Part shown: positions 18,427 through 25,970 of the stretch, piece after piece
Numbering within the stretch: position 1 is the first letter of the stretch
Layout of the letters: every line of letters starts with the position of its first letter
From: a virus
Taxonomy: Duplodnaviria > Caudoviricetes
Virus record (IMG/VR): IMGVR_UViG_3300044949_000822
Location: 1 to 35,752 of that record
Length of the DNA stretch: 35,752 nt
Reading direction: 5' to 3' (one strand)
The notes under the pieces: model-generated
What the model saw: only the letters and a program-made list of their open reading frames with translations
Database searches by the model: none
What the model was told of the DNA's origin: nothing
Translations under genes and position numbers: made by a program

Positions 18427-18538
18427 TCTACACCCCATCCGTTAGAAACATCGCCGCGAATCTACTGTACAGCGTTTCCAGTACAGCAGGCAAGGCGAGT
18501 TGATCCGTATGATTGATCGAACTGCGTGAACTGGAAAC

Positions 18539-18838
18539 ATGGCGAAGAAAAAACGGACACCCGCTGGACAGCCCGCTAAACTCCTGGCCATGGACATGAC
18601 CACGGAGACGCAGCGAGAACTCATCGGAACCACCGATGCCGCGAAGATTCTTGGGGTACGGGTTGGCTACATCCGCCAACTTGCGCGCGACGGCGACATC
18701 TGGTCAGACCACAGGTTTGGCCAGAGATGTCCTGTGTATGACGCCATCGAGCTCAGGGAACTGGCTGAGCAAAAGCAGGCAGAGCGCGATTCAGGCACCC
18801 GTGGCGGCAGGCCGCCAAGCGGCGGACCAGTTGGCTAA
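18539..18838 (+). CDS. Excisionase-like (MerR-type HTH) protein
   Basis: LIGTTDAAKILGVRVGYIRQLARDG; divergent from int. Confidence 0.75.
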   Translation: MAKKKRTPAGQPAKLLAMDMTTETQRELIGTTDAAKILGVRVGYIRQLARDGDIWSDHRFGQRCPVYDAIELRELAEQKQAERDSGTRGGRPPSGGPVG

Positions 18839-18888
18839 CCAATAGGGTTTGCCCAGTTTGCTGGGGTTTTTTTACGGCAAAGAAATCT

Positions 18889-18909
18889 TGGTCAAGTTGC
18901 TCTTGACCA
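18889..18909. promoter_or_regulatory. Perfect inverted repeat TGGTCAAG-N5-CTTGACCA, operator-like
   Basis: 8-bp arms in an AT-rich intergenic region; contains TTGACC. Confidence 0.45.
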
Positions 18910-18955
18910 TTCGCAGATATCTACACTAGCCTGCTGACCACATGGAGGTGATGCC

Positions 18956-19099
18956 GTGAAGCGAGTGACGTGGAACGACGCCGTGGTTGCCTTGACGCTG
19001 GTTCAGTTGGGCCAGCAGCTGGGAACGCAAACGCCGGTTGCTCGAGCCGTGTTTGACCTCGTCACGATCATCACGTCTTTTTTTGCACTGCAAAGGTAG
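18956..19099 (+). CDS. 47-aa hydrophobic peptide (below the ORF-track cut-off)
   Basis: GGAGG at 18944-18948 then GTG; MKRVTWNDAVVALTLVQLGQQLGTQTPVARAVFDLVTIITSFFALQR. Confidence 0.55.
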   Translation: MKRVTWNDAVVALTLVQLGQQLGTQTPVARAVFDLVTIITSFFALQR

Positions 19100-19172
19100 A
19101 TACCTGCACAACGCACAAGGCTCGGAAAGGAAAGGCCGTGCAGGTATGCCACTGGAATCTTCGTACAGACGC

Positions 19173-19200
19173 TTGCCTCGTAGGTGGACGCCTGTACACT
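19173..19200 (+). promoter_or_regulatory. Promoter-like TTGCCT-N16-TACACT overlapped by palindrome TGGAC-N4-GTACA (19185-19198)
   Basis: Upstream of the early gene at 19231; palindrome resembles the one at 18412. Confidence 0.45.
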
Positions 19201-19230
19201 ACCGCAACCCAAGAGAAGGAGAGCACCCCG

Positions 19231-19467
19231 ATGATCACGAATAAATCAAGCCCCGCAGAAAACGAGTACCTCGCCGCCGTCGCCGGCCTGCACGAGCAGA
19301 CGCTGGGCCCAGCCCCGAAGGTCACCTACGCCATTGGCGACTTCGTAAGCGGATGCTCAGCCGGCAAGCGTTGGCAGGGACGCATCTGGAACGTCGATGG
19401 CGACCGACTCAGCATCGAGATTGACGGCGGATGGCTGGCCGTTTCGGCCAAGGACGTGACGCACTGA
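19231..19467 (+). CDS. Hypothetical protein with small SH3/KOW-like beta domain
   Basis: AAGGAG RBS; YAIGDFV...WQGRIWNVDGDRLSIEIDG. Confidence 0.65.
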   Translation: MITNKSSPAENEYLAAVAGLHEQTLGPAPKVTYAIGDFVSGCSAGKRWQGRIWNVDGDRLSIEIDGGWLAVSAKDVTH

Positions 19468-19600
19468 ACGCAGAAAGGACCGGCGGCAAGCGGAGCTAGT
19501 TGCCGGAAGGAGAGCGGTGGAACCGCAGCAGCAAGGACGCACTTACCACCCGCCGAGCAGGACGCGGAGCGGGCTTTTTCAACAACGCAGAAAGGGACGC
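19468..19600 (+). ncRNA. Candidate CsrB/RsmY-like GGA-rich structured RNA
   Basis: Nine GGA motifs in about 120 nt, several in hairpin loops, with a terminator-like stem plus T-run. Confidence 0.45.
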
Positions 19601-19601
19601 G

Positions 19602-20291
19602 ATGACCACGACGATTGCAAACACGAACGACCGCAAGAGCATCTTGCTGAGCATGGCCACGAAGTTTGGCATGGAGCCAGCGGCCTTTGAGGCCACGGTG
19701 CGTGCCACCTGTGGCTGCGACAAGGCCACAAAGGAGCAGTTCGCTGCCTTCCTGCTGGTGGCCAACGAGTACGGGCTGAACCCGGTGACGAAGGAAATCT
19801 ACGCCTTCCCGACACGCGGCGGCGGCATCCAGCCCATCGTTGGCATTGACGGGTGGATGACGATGGCGAACAACCACGCTGCCTACGACGGAATCACGTT
19901 CGTGGACAGGCTGGGGGATGACGGGCAGCTGGTGGCGATCACGGCCCAGGTGCACCGGAAGGACCGCAGCCATCCGGTGGAAGTCACCGAGTACCTAGCC
20001 GAGTGCCGCCAGGGCACGGAGCCATGGAAGAAGTGGCCTGCCCGAATGCTTCGCCACAAGGCAGCCATTCAGGCCATCCGCTACGCCTTCGGGTTCAGCG
20101 GCATCGTTGACCCAGACGAGGCCGATCGGATGCGTCAGCCGCAGGTGAGCGTGACGGTGAACCACCACCCCGAGCCGCTGCAGCACCGGAGGTTTTCCGG
20201 CAAGCAGGACGTGCCAGCGTTGACCGTTGAGCCCGAGGACCGTGGCCAGGAGTTCCCGCACGAGGCTGCCGAGCACGAGGTGCACGCATGA
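19602..20291 (+). CDS. bet: Red-beta/RecT-family single-strand annealing protein
   Basis: YGLNPVTKEIYAFP, IVGIDGW, PWKKWPARMLRHKAAIQAIRYAFGF. Confidence 0.93.
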   Translation: MTTTIANTNDRKSILLSMATKFGMEPAAFEATVRATCGCDKATKEQFAAFLLVANEYGLNPVTKEIYAFPTRGGGIQPIVGIDGWMTMANNHAAYDGITFVDRLGDDGQLVAITAQVHRKDRSHPVEVTEYLAECRQGTEPWKKWPARMLRHKAAIQAIRYAFGFSGIVDPDEADRMRQPQVSVTVNHHPEPLQHRRFSGKQDVPALTVEPEDRGQEFPHEAAEHEVHA

Positions 20292-20506
20292 CGCTTGACG
20301 AGGCCATCACGGCGATCCAGACGGCCGGCAACAAGCACGACGCCATGAAGATCGCCAACGCTGTCTCTATGGAATCAATGGCCCTGGCCAGGCCATACGC
20401 AGACGAGTTGGCTGTGCGTCATGCGTGGCATGAGCGTTGGGGCATGGAGCCACAAACGCTTGGCGACGCAGGGCCACGGCCGGGCACGAACTGGACAGGA
20501 GACTAA
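20288..20506 (+). CDS. Hypothetical protein
   Basis: ATGA overlap with bet; GAGG RBS. Confidence 0.65.
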   Translation: MTLDEAITAIQTAGNKHDAMKIANAVSMESMALARPYADELAVRHAWHERWGMEPQTLGDAGPRPGTNWTGD

Positions 20507-20640
20507 CGCCACGCCATTGGCAGCAGGCTGACGAACACAGCCGCATTGGCCGCCTAGCGGTAGGTGGCGAGTAACAACCGCAGCCGACGCCGTTGATCCG
20601 GCGGTGAGTCGGTCGCGCCGGGCGTAACCCGGCAAATACA
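20507..20640 (+). ncRNA. Candidate structured intergenic RNA
   Basis: A multi-branch junction plus two further hairpins fill the intergenic space. Confidence 0.3.
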
Positions 20641-20653
20641 CACGAAAGGACTT

Positions 20654-20977
20654 GTGATGAGCGACTACTACAAGGAAGCACCGCTGCCGCTGTTCGCAAC
20701 GCGAGCGCCAAGCGTCAACGGCTCGGCCACCTCGGCCGCAGCTGCGGACTCGCTGGGGCCGGCAACGCTAAACGCGATGCAGCGGCGCGTCTACGAGTTC
20801 ATCAAGTGGCGCGGTGCAGCCGGGGCAACCGACGAGGAAATCCAGATTGAGATCCAGATGCCAGCGAGCACGCAGCGGCCACGTCGCGTTGAGCTCGCAC
20901 GTAAGGGGCTGATCGTGGAGGGCGGCACCAGGCGGACGGCGAGCGGGCGCATGGCAACGATTTGGAGGAAGGCGTGA
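20654..20977 (+). CDS. Winged-helix DNA-binding protein
   Basis: QRRVYEFI...GATDEEIQ...STQRPRRVELARKGLI; AAAGGA RBS. Confidence 0.75.
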   Translation: MMSDYYKEAPLPLFATRAPSVNGSATSAAAADSLGPATLNAMQRRVYEFIKWRGAAGATDEEIQIEIQMPASTQRPRRVELARKGLIVEGGTRRTASGRMATIWRKA

Positions 20978-22404
20978 TGGCTGTATTACCAATACCAGAC
21001 GACGCCATTCTTGATCGCCTTACGTCTCTCCCGGAAGGCGACCGAGCCACCTCAAGAGCAAACCCATTTGCGGTTCTAGTTTCATCAAACGAACTGCTGA
21101 CCGCAGATCACGCAGTTGTATCTGGCCTCTACAGCACCGGCGAATCGTTTTCGTGCCCGAAATGTCGCGGAGAAATGCGGCTCTACGTCAACGCAAGAGG
21201 GACTCCTTTTTTCGCGCACGCTTCCGCCCGCGGATCGTGCCCGTCTGGATTTGAAACGCCAGCTCATCTGTGCATAAAGCGAGGGCTCCACTCAATCGGA
21301 TTCTCTTGCGAGCACCGCGACAGCAGTACGTCATTTCAGTTTGACGCATACCACGAAGAAACAGACACGGCCGTTGAGGTGATTAGTAGCGGAACAGGCC
21401 GTTACGAAAAAAAGATACACGACATGAGAGCGAGCGGGCGGCGGTGCTGGTGGATAGCAGACAGCGGCTCAAGAAGCCTTGGATCAAAGGACGGGAGCGA
21501 GCGCATTTGCATGCGATCCTTTGAGTCAATCGGCCACGTTATTGTAAGCGGACTATTTAAGCCGAAAGCAGGGCCCCTGTTTTCGCAAATTGGAAACGAG
21601 TCCTTGTACGCGTTTTATTACGGACTGATCTGGAAGTCGTGCGGAGATGACCGCTGGCAGTTGCAAGATGAAGACCACCCTCTGTCAAAGGCGGCGACGG
21701 CAGATGATGGCATGAAACATTTGATGGTGAGGATGCATTGGGAGAACGCAAATGTTGTGACGGAACTGAAGAGAAAAGGCATCAATCGAAGGACGTGGTT
21801 CGACTCAAAGTGGAGATACCGTGGTTTGTGGACTCCTACCTGGAAGGGCGACCGCGAATACATCGTCGATCTCGTCAATCAACTGATAGACGACGCCAAG
21901 AAGGCCGAGATGTTCGTGTCTCGCAATCGCAATTCATCAGGCTCAGCATCAGTGACTCAGCCAGTTCACCGAAGTGCCGAGGATGTTCTAAGGCGTATAA
22001 CGGACGGTCACTCAGCGTCTTTTGGAGATGCTAGGAAACTTAGGGACATTGCAAACAACTCAGCCGTTACAAAGGCATTGTCTGCTGCAGAAATATTGGA
22101 CGCGAAGCCATTACCTGCTGTTATAGATCAATCTTCTTTAAGAATCAGTAAGCGAAAGAGGTTGATCGTTTCTCAAAAGTGGGACGAAATCGAACGCTGG
22201 GATTCTCCACGGAGGGGCTCGACCCTCAATGCTAACCGGCAACTTCAGCAGATTTCCGCAAGTAAAGACCCTGTTGTTTGCGTCTGCGGCTGCGACCAAT
22301 TGAGAGTCAAAAGCATGGGCAAGCTTCGGTGGCTGTGTTGCGAGAACTGCGGAAGCAGTGTCGGCAACTCGTGGGTGGAGCGGCGGCATTCGGTTAGGTC
22401 TTAG
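20977..22404 (+). CDS. CoiA-like zinc-finger plus putative PD-(D/E)XK nuclease protein
   Basis: CPKC...FFAH...C..ETPAH then FDAY....AVEV; C-terminal CVCGC/CENC; lower GC. Confidence 0.6.
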   Translation: MAVLPIPDDAILDRLTSLPEGDRATSRANPFAVLVSSNELLTADHAVVSGLYSTGESFSCPKCRGEMRLYVNARGTPFFAHASARGSCPSGFETPAHLCIKRGLHSIGFSCEHRDSSTSFQFDAYHEETDTAVEVISSGTGRYEKKIHDMRASGRRCWWIADSGSRSLGSKDGSERICMRSFESIGHVIVSGLFKPKAGPLFSQIGNESLYAFYYGLIWKSCGDDRWQLQDEDHPLSKAATADDGMKHLMVRMHWENANVVTELKRKGINRRTWFDSKWRYRGLWTPTWKGDREYIVDLVNQLIDDAKKAEMFVSRNRNSSGSASVTQPVHRSAEDVLRRITDGHSASFGDARKLRDIANNSAVTKALSAAEILDAKPLPAVIDQSSLRISKRKRLIVSQKWDEIERWDSPRRGSTLNANRQLQQISASKDPVVCVCGCDQLRVKSMGKLRWLCCENCGSSVGNSWVERRHSVRS

Positions 22405-22438
22405 TGGTCGCTATTGGATTAGCTAAAAGGAGGCCAGG

Positions 22439-22711
22439 ATGGCCAAAGAGTTTGCAATGCTTCCGCAATGGAAGCTTTTAGAAATCGTTAGGACGTGCGG
22501 GACAGGCTGGATGAGGCGTCACGAAAGAGTGAAGCCAGCGGACAATGTTTTTTGGCAGCGGTCGCGTGTTGAGAACTATGCACTTGTGATCGAGCTTGCC
22601 GCCGCACACGTCCCGCCTGGCCATCAGATGACCAAGGACCGCAAGGACGCAGTTTGGCTTCACGTATGCACTGAAGTCGATTTGATGCTCAAGAACGTGC
22701 AGGTGAACTGA
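22439..22711 (+). CDS. Hypothetical protein
   Basis: AAGGAGG RBS; TGATG coupling to the next gene. Confidence 0.7.
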   Translation: MAKEFAMLPQWKLLEIVRTCGTGWMRRHERVKPADNVFWQRSRVENYALVIELAAAHVPPGHQMTKDRKDAVWLHVCTEVDLMLKNVQVN

Positions 22712-23613
22712 TGGCAAAGTTCTGCTGGATGCCGCTGTATACGTCTGACTTGGTGAGCAGCTGCGTGGACATGACGCCACACCAGTTCGGGGCGTACGTT
22801 CGGCTGCTGTGCTACGCCTGGGACAACCACGGCCTGCCCAACGATGCGAACGCATGCGGACGCATTGCTGGCGGCATCGACCAGGCAGACTGGAAAGCCA
22901 TTCGTAGACGCCTTGAAGTTTTTGACGCTGGGACTGACAGGGAGCGACTAAGCCACCCACGCCTTGAGGCTGAGCGTGAAAAACAGGCACATTTGCACGA
23001 TTCTCGCTCTGAGGCAGGGAGAAGGGCAGCGAATAAGCGATGGCAAACGCAATGCGATGGCAATGCGGACGCATTAACAAAACCATGCCATCTAGAACCA
23101 GAACCAGAACCAAAGGTAGAAGTAATTACAGAACCAGAACCAAGAAAAGAACCCCATGCTGCGCATGGGGATGCTACGAGCGATCCGCCGAAGCGGCGGA
23201 AACGCTCGCAGCCGGCCTCTGTCGTTCTTTGGACGGCCGATGGCGGATGGGTGGGCATTCTGGACGCTGACCGCCACGAATGGGCCGTAGCGTTTCCTGG
23301 GGCCGTCGTTGAGCAAGAGCTTGCCAAGGCTACGGCCTGGCTTAAGGCAAACCCCAGCAAGGCGGGAAAGCGGAACTGGCGTGCCTTTGTCGTTCGGTGG
23401 CTGTCTCGCTGCCAGGACAAGGGCGGCACGAACCGGGATGCGTCAAAGCCGCTGCCTGTTCCGCAGGATCAGTCCAAGCGTCGGTTCTATCGCGGAGACG
23501 CCAACGAGCGTCTTACGGATGCGGAGTACGCCGCATGGAGGCGCGACCAAAGAACAGGCGGAACGGTGTCCGCGCTTGCACAGTCCATGAAACTCAAGGA
23601 GGAAGACCTATGA
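22711..23613 (+). CDS. DUF1376/YdaU-like replication initiator
   Basis: WMPLYTSD...MTPHQFGAYVRLLCYAW..GLP, HPRLEAE, EPEPEP linker, C-terminal WRAFVVRWL. Confidence 0.8.
   Translation: MAKFCWMPLYTSDLVSSCVDMTPHQFGAYVRLLCYAWDNHGLPNDANACGRIAGGIDQADWKAIRRRLEVFDAGTDRERLSHPRLEAEREKQAHLHDSRSEAGRRAANKRWQTQCDGNADALTKPCHLEPEPEPKVEVITEPEPRKEPHAAHGDATSDPPKRRKRSQPASVVLWTADGGWVGILDADRHEWAVAFPGAVVEQELAKATAWLKANPSKAGKRNWRAFVVRWLSRCQDKGGTNRDASKPLPVPQDQSKRRFYRGDANERLTDAEYAAWRRDQRTGGTVSALAQSMKLKEEDL
23094..23153 (+). repeat. AGAACC x6 short direct repeats inside the initiator gene
   Basis: Copies at 23094, 23100, 23106, 23130, 23136 and 23148 in an A-rich patch. Confidence 0.6.
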
Positions 23614-23846
23614 CACCAGAGAACACCACCACCATCGAGCGTCTGCCGCTCACGCCTAGCCAGCAGCGGGCGTACGAGTTCATTGCCAGCACCGCTGGCA
23701 TGTGGGGGCCAAGCGTCCGCGAGATCGCGGCCGGGCTTTCGTACAAGAGCCCGCACGCTGTCACCGGAATGCTCGAGCAGCTGGAGCGTAAGGGTTGGAT
23801 CGTCCGCGAGCCGGGCAAGTCACGAGGAATAAGGGTGCGAACATGA
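23610..23846 (+). CDS. Stand-alone LexA N-terminal DNA-binding-domain protein (no peptidase domain)
   Basis: LTPSQQRAYEFI...GPSVREIAAGLSYKSPHAV...LERKGWIVREPGKSRGIRV; AAGGAGG RBS. Confidence 0.85.
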   Translation: MTPENTTTIERLPLTPSQQRAYEFIASTAGMWGPSVREIAAGLSYKSPHAVTGMLEQLERKGWIVREPGKSRGIRVRT

Positions 23847-24115
23847 CTACCGAAAGACTCATCAAGCGTCTGCTGCGTCTGCAGGGTGGCTGCATCCACG
23901 CGAGTGAAGACGCTGACAACTGGAGCATGCACGACTCGCTCGTTGCCAACGCCCGCACGATCGGCATCGCCATTGCGTCCATCAAGACGCTCAAGGCCGA
24001 GAACGACGAACTGCGGGCCCGGCTTGTGCGGCAGGCGTGCTACTTCGAGCACATCGAAGCACGCGAGCAGCCGAAGACGTGGCCGCTGCTTGAAGACACG
24101 GGAGAAGACCTATGA
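23843..24115 (+). CDS. Hypothetical coiled-coil protein
   Basis: ATGA overlaps at both ends. Confidence 0.65.
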   Translation: MTTERLIKRLLRLQGGCIHASEDADNWSMHDSLVANARTIGIAIASIKTLKAENDELRARLVRQACYFEHIEAREQPKTWPLLEDTGEDL

Positions 24116-24360
24116 CGCTCTCGGATTTCGTCTGGTTGGCAATAGGCGAAACACTTCTCGCGGGCACTTTCGCTCTCGGGATCTTGGTTGGTGTGTCTCT
24201 TAATCGAAAGGGCCAAAGGAATGGCAACTGCAACACGGGAACGGAAGACGAGTGGAATCACACTGGCAACGTCAACGCTACGGGCGGCACTTGCCGACGT
24301 GCTCAGGGCTGTGCCGGCACGGCACGCGAAGCCCATCCTGGCCAACGTCCGGCTAGGTGA
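24112..24360 (+). CDS. Hypothetical membrane peptide overlapping the clamp gene start
   Basis: GGAG RBS, ATGA coupling, N-terminal hydrophobic helix; overlaps the next gene by about 140 nt. Confidence 0.45.
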   Translation: MTLSDFVWLAIGETLLAGTFALGILVGVSLNRKGQRNGNCNTGTEDEWNHTGNVNATGGTCRRAQGCAGTAREAHPGQRPAR

Positions 24361-25339
24361 CGGGCTGCTGACGGGCACGGATCTCGAGGTGCGAATCGAC
24401 CGCGAGATCGACTACCACGGCGACGCTATGCTGCTGCCGGCTCATCGGCTCAGCGCCATCATGCGGGCCGCGACCGGCGACGAGGTGTTTCTAATACCAA
24501 AGGAAAGCAGCGTCACGGTGAAGTGTGGCGCTGGCTCGTGGACGCTGCCAACTGAGGACGCTGCAGAGTTCCCGACGTGGGACGCTGGCGATCTGAAGGC
24601 AATCTGCCGCCTGCCGGCGGACCAGTTCTGCCGGGCCGCTAAGGCCACGATCTACGCCACGGACAGCGAGAGCAGCCGCTACGCACTTGGTGGCGTGATG
24701 CTGGACGTTGAGCCCACTACGGACGGCTCGCGGCAGCACTGGGTTGGGACTGACGGTCGCCGGCTCGCGTGCGTTGAGACTGAAAGTGACGATGCCCTGT
24801 CTGAGTCGCAGACGGTCCTGCCCGGACGCCTGGTGTCGCTCGTGGCCAGTCTCGCTGCTGGTGACGGCTCAGTGCAGGTTGAGGCTGACGCCAAGGAAGT
24901 GCGCTTCTCGCTGGACGGCTGCACCATCTCGGGCCGGCTTATGGAAGGACGTTTTCCGAAGTGGCGTGACGTGCTCGGTGAGCCGGAAGGCGAGCCAACG
25001 GTGATCGACGTGGTGGAGTTGCTCCAGGCGGTGCAGTCTGCGGCCATCGTCACCAGTGAGCAGTCCAAGGGCATCAGCCTGACGTGGACGGCCAACACGC
25101 TGGTGCTCGTGGGCCGCTCGAGCGAGTACGGGGAAAGCAAGGTCATCTGCCCGACGATCGCGGCTGGCTCGACGGCGAGCACCAAGCTGGACCCAAAGTT
25201 TCTGGCCCAGTTCCTAGCGAACCTGCCGCAGGACGAAGAGCCGCACGTTGACGTGTACGTGGCCGATGCCCAGAGCCGCGTGCTACTACGCTGCGGCCCG
25301 TACACGGGCGTCATCATGCCGCTTGCGGAGGATGCCTGA
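24221..25339 (+). CDS. dnaN: DNA polymerase III beta sliding clamp homologue
   Basis: KPILANV, GTDLEV, AAEFP, SRYALGGV, GTDGRRLA, RLMEGRFPKWRDV, VIMPL. Confidence 0.92.
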   Translation: MATATRERKTSGITLATSTLRAALADVLRAVPARHAKPILANVRLGDGLLTGTDLEVRIDREIDYHGDAMLLPAHRLSAIMRAATGDEVFLIPKESSVTVKCGAGSWTLPTEDAAEFPTWDAGDLKAICRLPADQFCRAAKATIYATDSESSRYALGGVMLDVEPTTDGSRQHWVGTDGRRLACVETESDDALSESQTVLPGRLVSLVASLAAGDGSVQVEADAKEVRFSLDGCTISGRLMEGRFPKWRDVLGEPEGEPTVIDVVELLQAVQSAAIVTSEQSKGISLTWTANTLVLVGRSSEYGESKVICPTIAAGSTASTKLDPKFLAQFLANLPQDEEPHVDVYVADAQSRVLLRCGPYTGVIMPLAEDA

Positions 25340-25341
25340 GC

Positions 25342-25743
25342 GTGAGGAATCGGACTTACGACTACGCGGAAGTGCGTCGCCTGTATGACTCTGCCGTAAC
25401 GGTTGACGAAATCGCTGACCGCATCGGCGCTGCTCGCTCCACTGTCTGGCGGATTCTCAATGGGCATAAGCCAGCCAGTGGGGCGCAGGCCAAGAAGGTT
25501 GATCGTGAGGTGCTGCTGAGGTTGTGGCAGCAAAATCTGACGCTTGAGGAGATTGGCCTAACCATCGGGTGCTCTGGCTCAACCGCTGGAATGCTGGCCA
25601 GGCAGCACGGGATGCCGCCGCGAGAGTCTGCCAGGAAGATGCAGCTGCCAGACCCGACGCCAGACGAGATTGCCGTAAGAGCACGCGAGTGCAGAGAGCG
25701 GCACTACGCTGAGAGACGGCGAGAACAGGGAGGGCTGGCGTGA
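25342..25743 (+). CDS. Tandem HTH protein
   Basis: Two HTH-like units, TVDEIADRIGAARSTVWRIL and TLEEIGLTIGCSGST. Confidence 0.72.
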   Translation: MRNRTYDYAEVRRLYDSAVTVDEIADRIGAARSTVWRILNGHKPASGAQAKKVDREVLLRLWQQNLTLEEIGLTIGCSGSTAGMLARQHGMPPRESARKMQLPDPTPDEIAVRARECRERHYAERRREQGGLA

Positions 25744-25746
25744 GCG

Positions 25747-25835
25747 AGAGAACACGGAAGATCAGCGGCTCCCGGCCACTGACGTAGAATCACCAAAAGG
25801 CGGCACCGGGAGTCCGCTGCATCCGTTGGTTCTCA
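25747..25835 (-). repeat. attC-like site 1 (89 bp)
   Basis: Minus strand: TGAGAAC-CAACG-GATGCAGC...GCTGATC-TTCCGT-GTTCTCT. Confidence 0.85.
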
Positions 25836-25847
25836 CAGGAGAAAAAG

Positions 25848-25970
25848 ATGAGCTCTTGGAATGCGCAGTATTTGCTCGGAGTCGTGATTGGTTCGGTTCT
25901 GGTTTCGGTCGTTTCGTGTGCCGTTAGGCTGCTGATTCACAGGGGCCGACCTAAATCATGTCGTATGTGA
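25848..25970 (+). CDS. 40-aa membrane peptide in cassette 1 (below the ORF-track cut-off)
   Basis: AGGAG RBS; MSSWNAQYLLGVVIGSVLVSVVSCAVRLLIHRGRPKSCRM. Confidence 0.55.
   Translation: MSSWNAQYLLGVVIGSVLVSVVSCAVRLLIHRGRPKSCRM

Noticed and set aside
18415-18450. Intact tRNA gene
   Set aside because: Only a short 3'-end-like fragment is present and no cloverleaf can be built
20528-20650. Hammerhead ribozyme suggested by CTGACGA
   Set aside because: The CTGA is paired in a hairpin and there is no correctly placed GAAA/stem III/UH
25342-25753. The HTH gene as a fifth cassette
   Set aside because: No matching GTTCTCT core or attC hairpin upstream of the gene; it abuts dnaN directly
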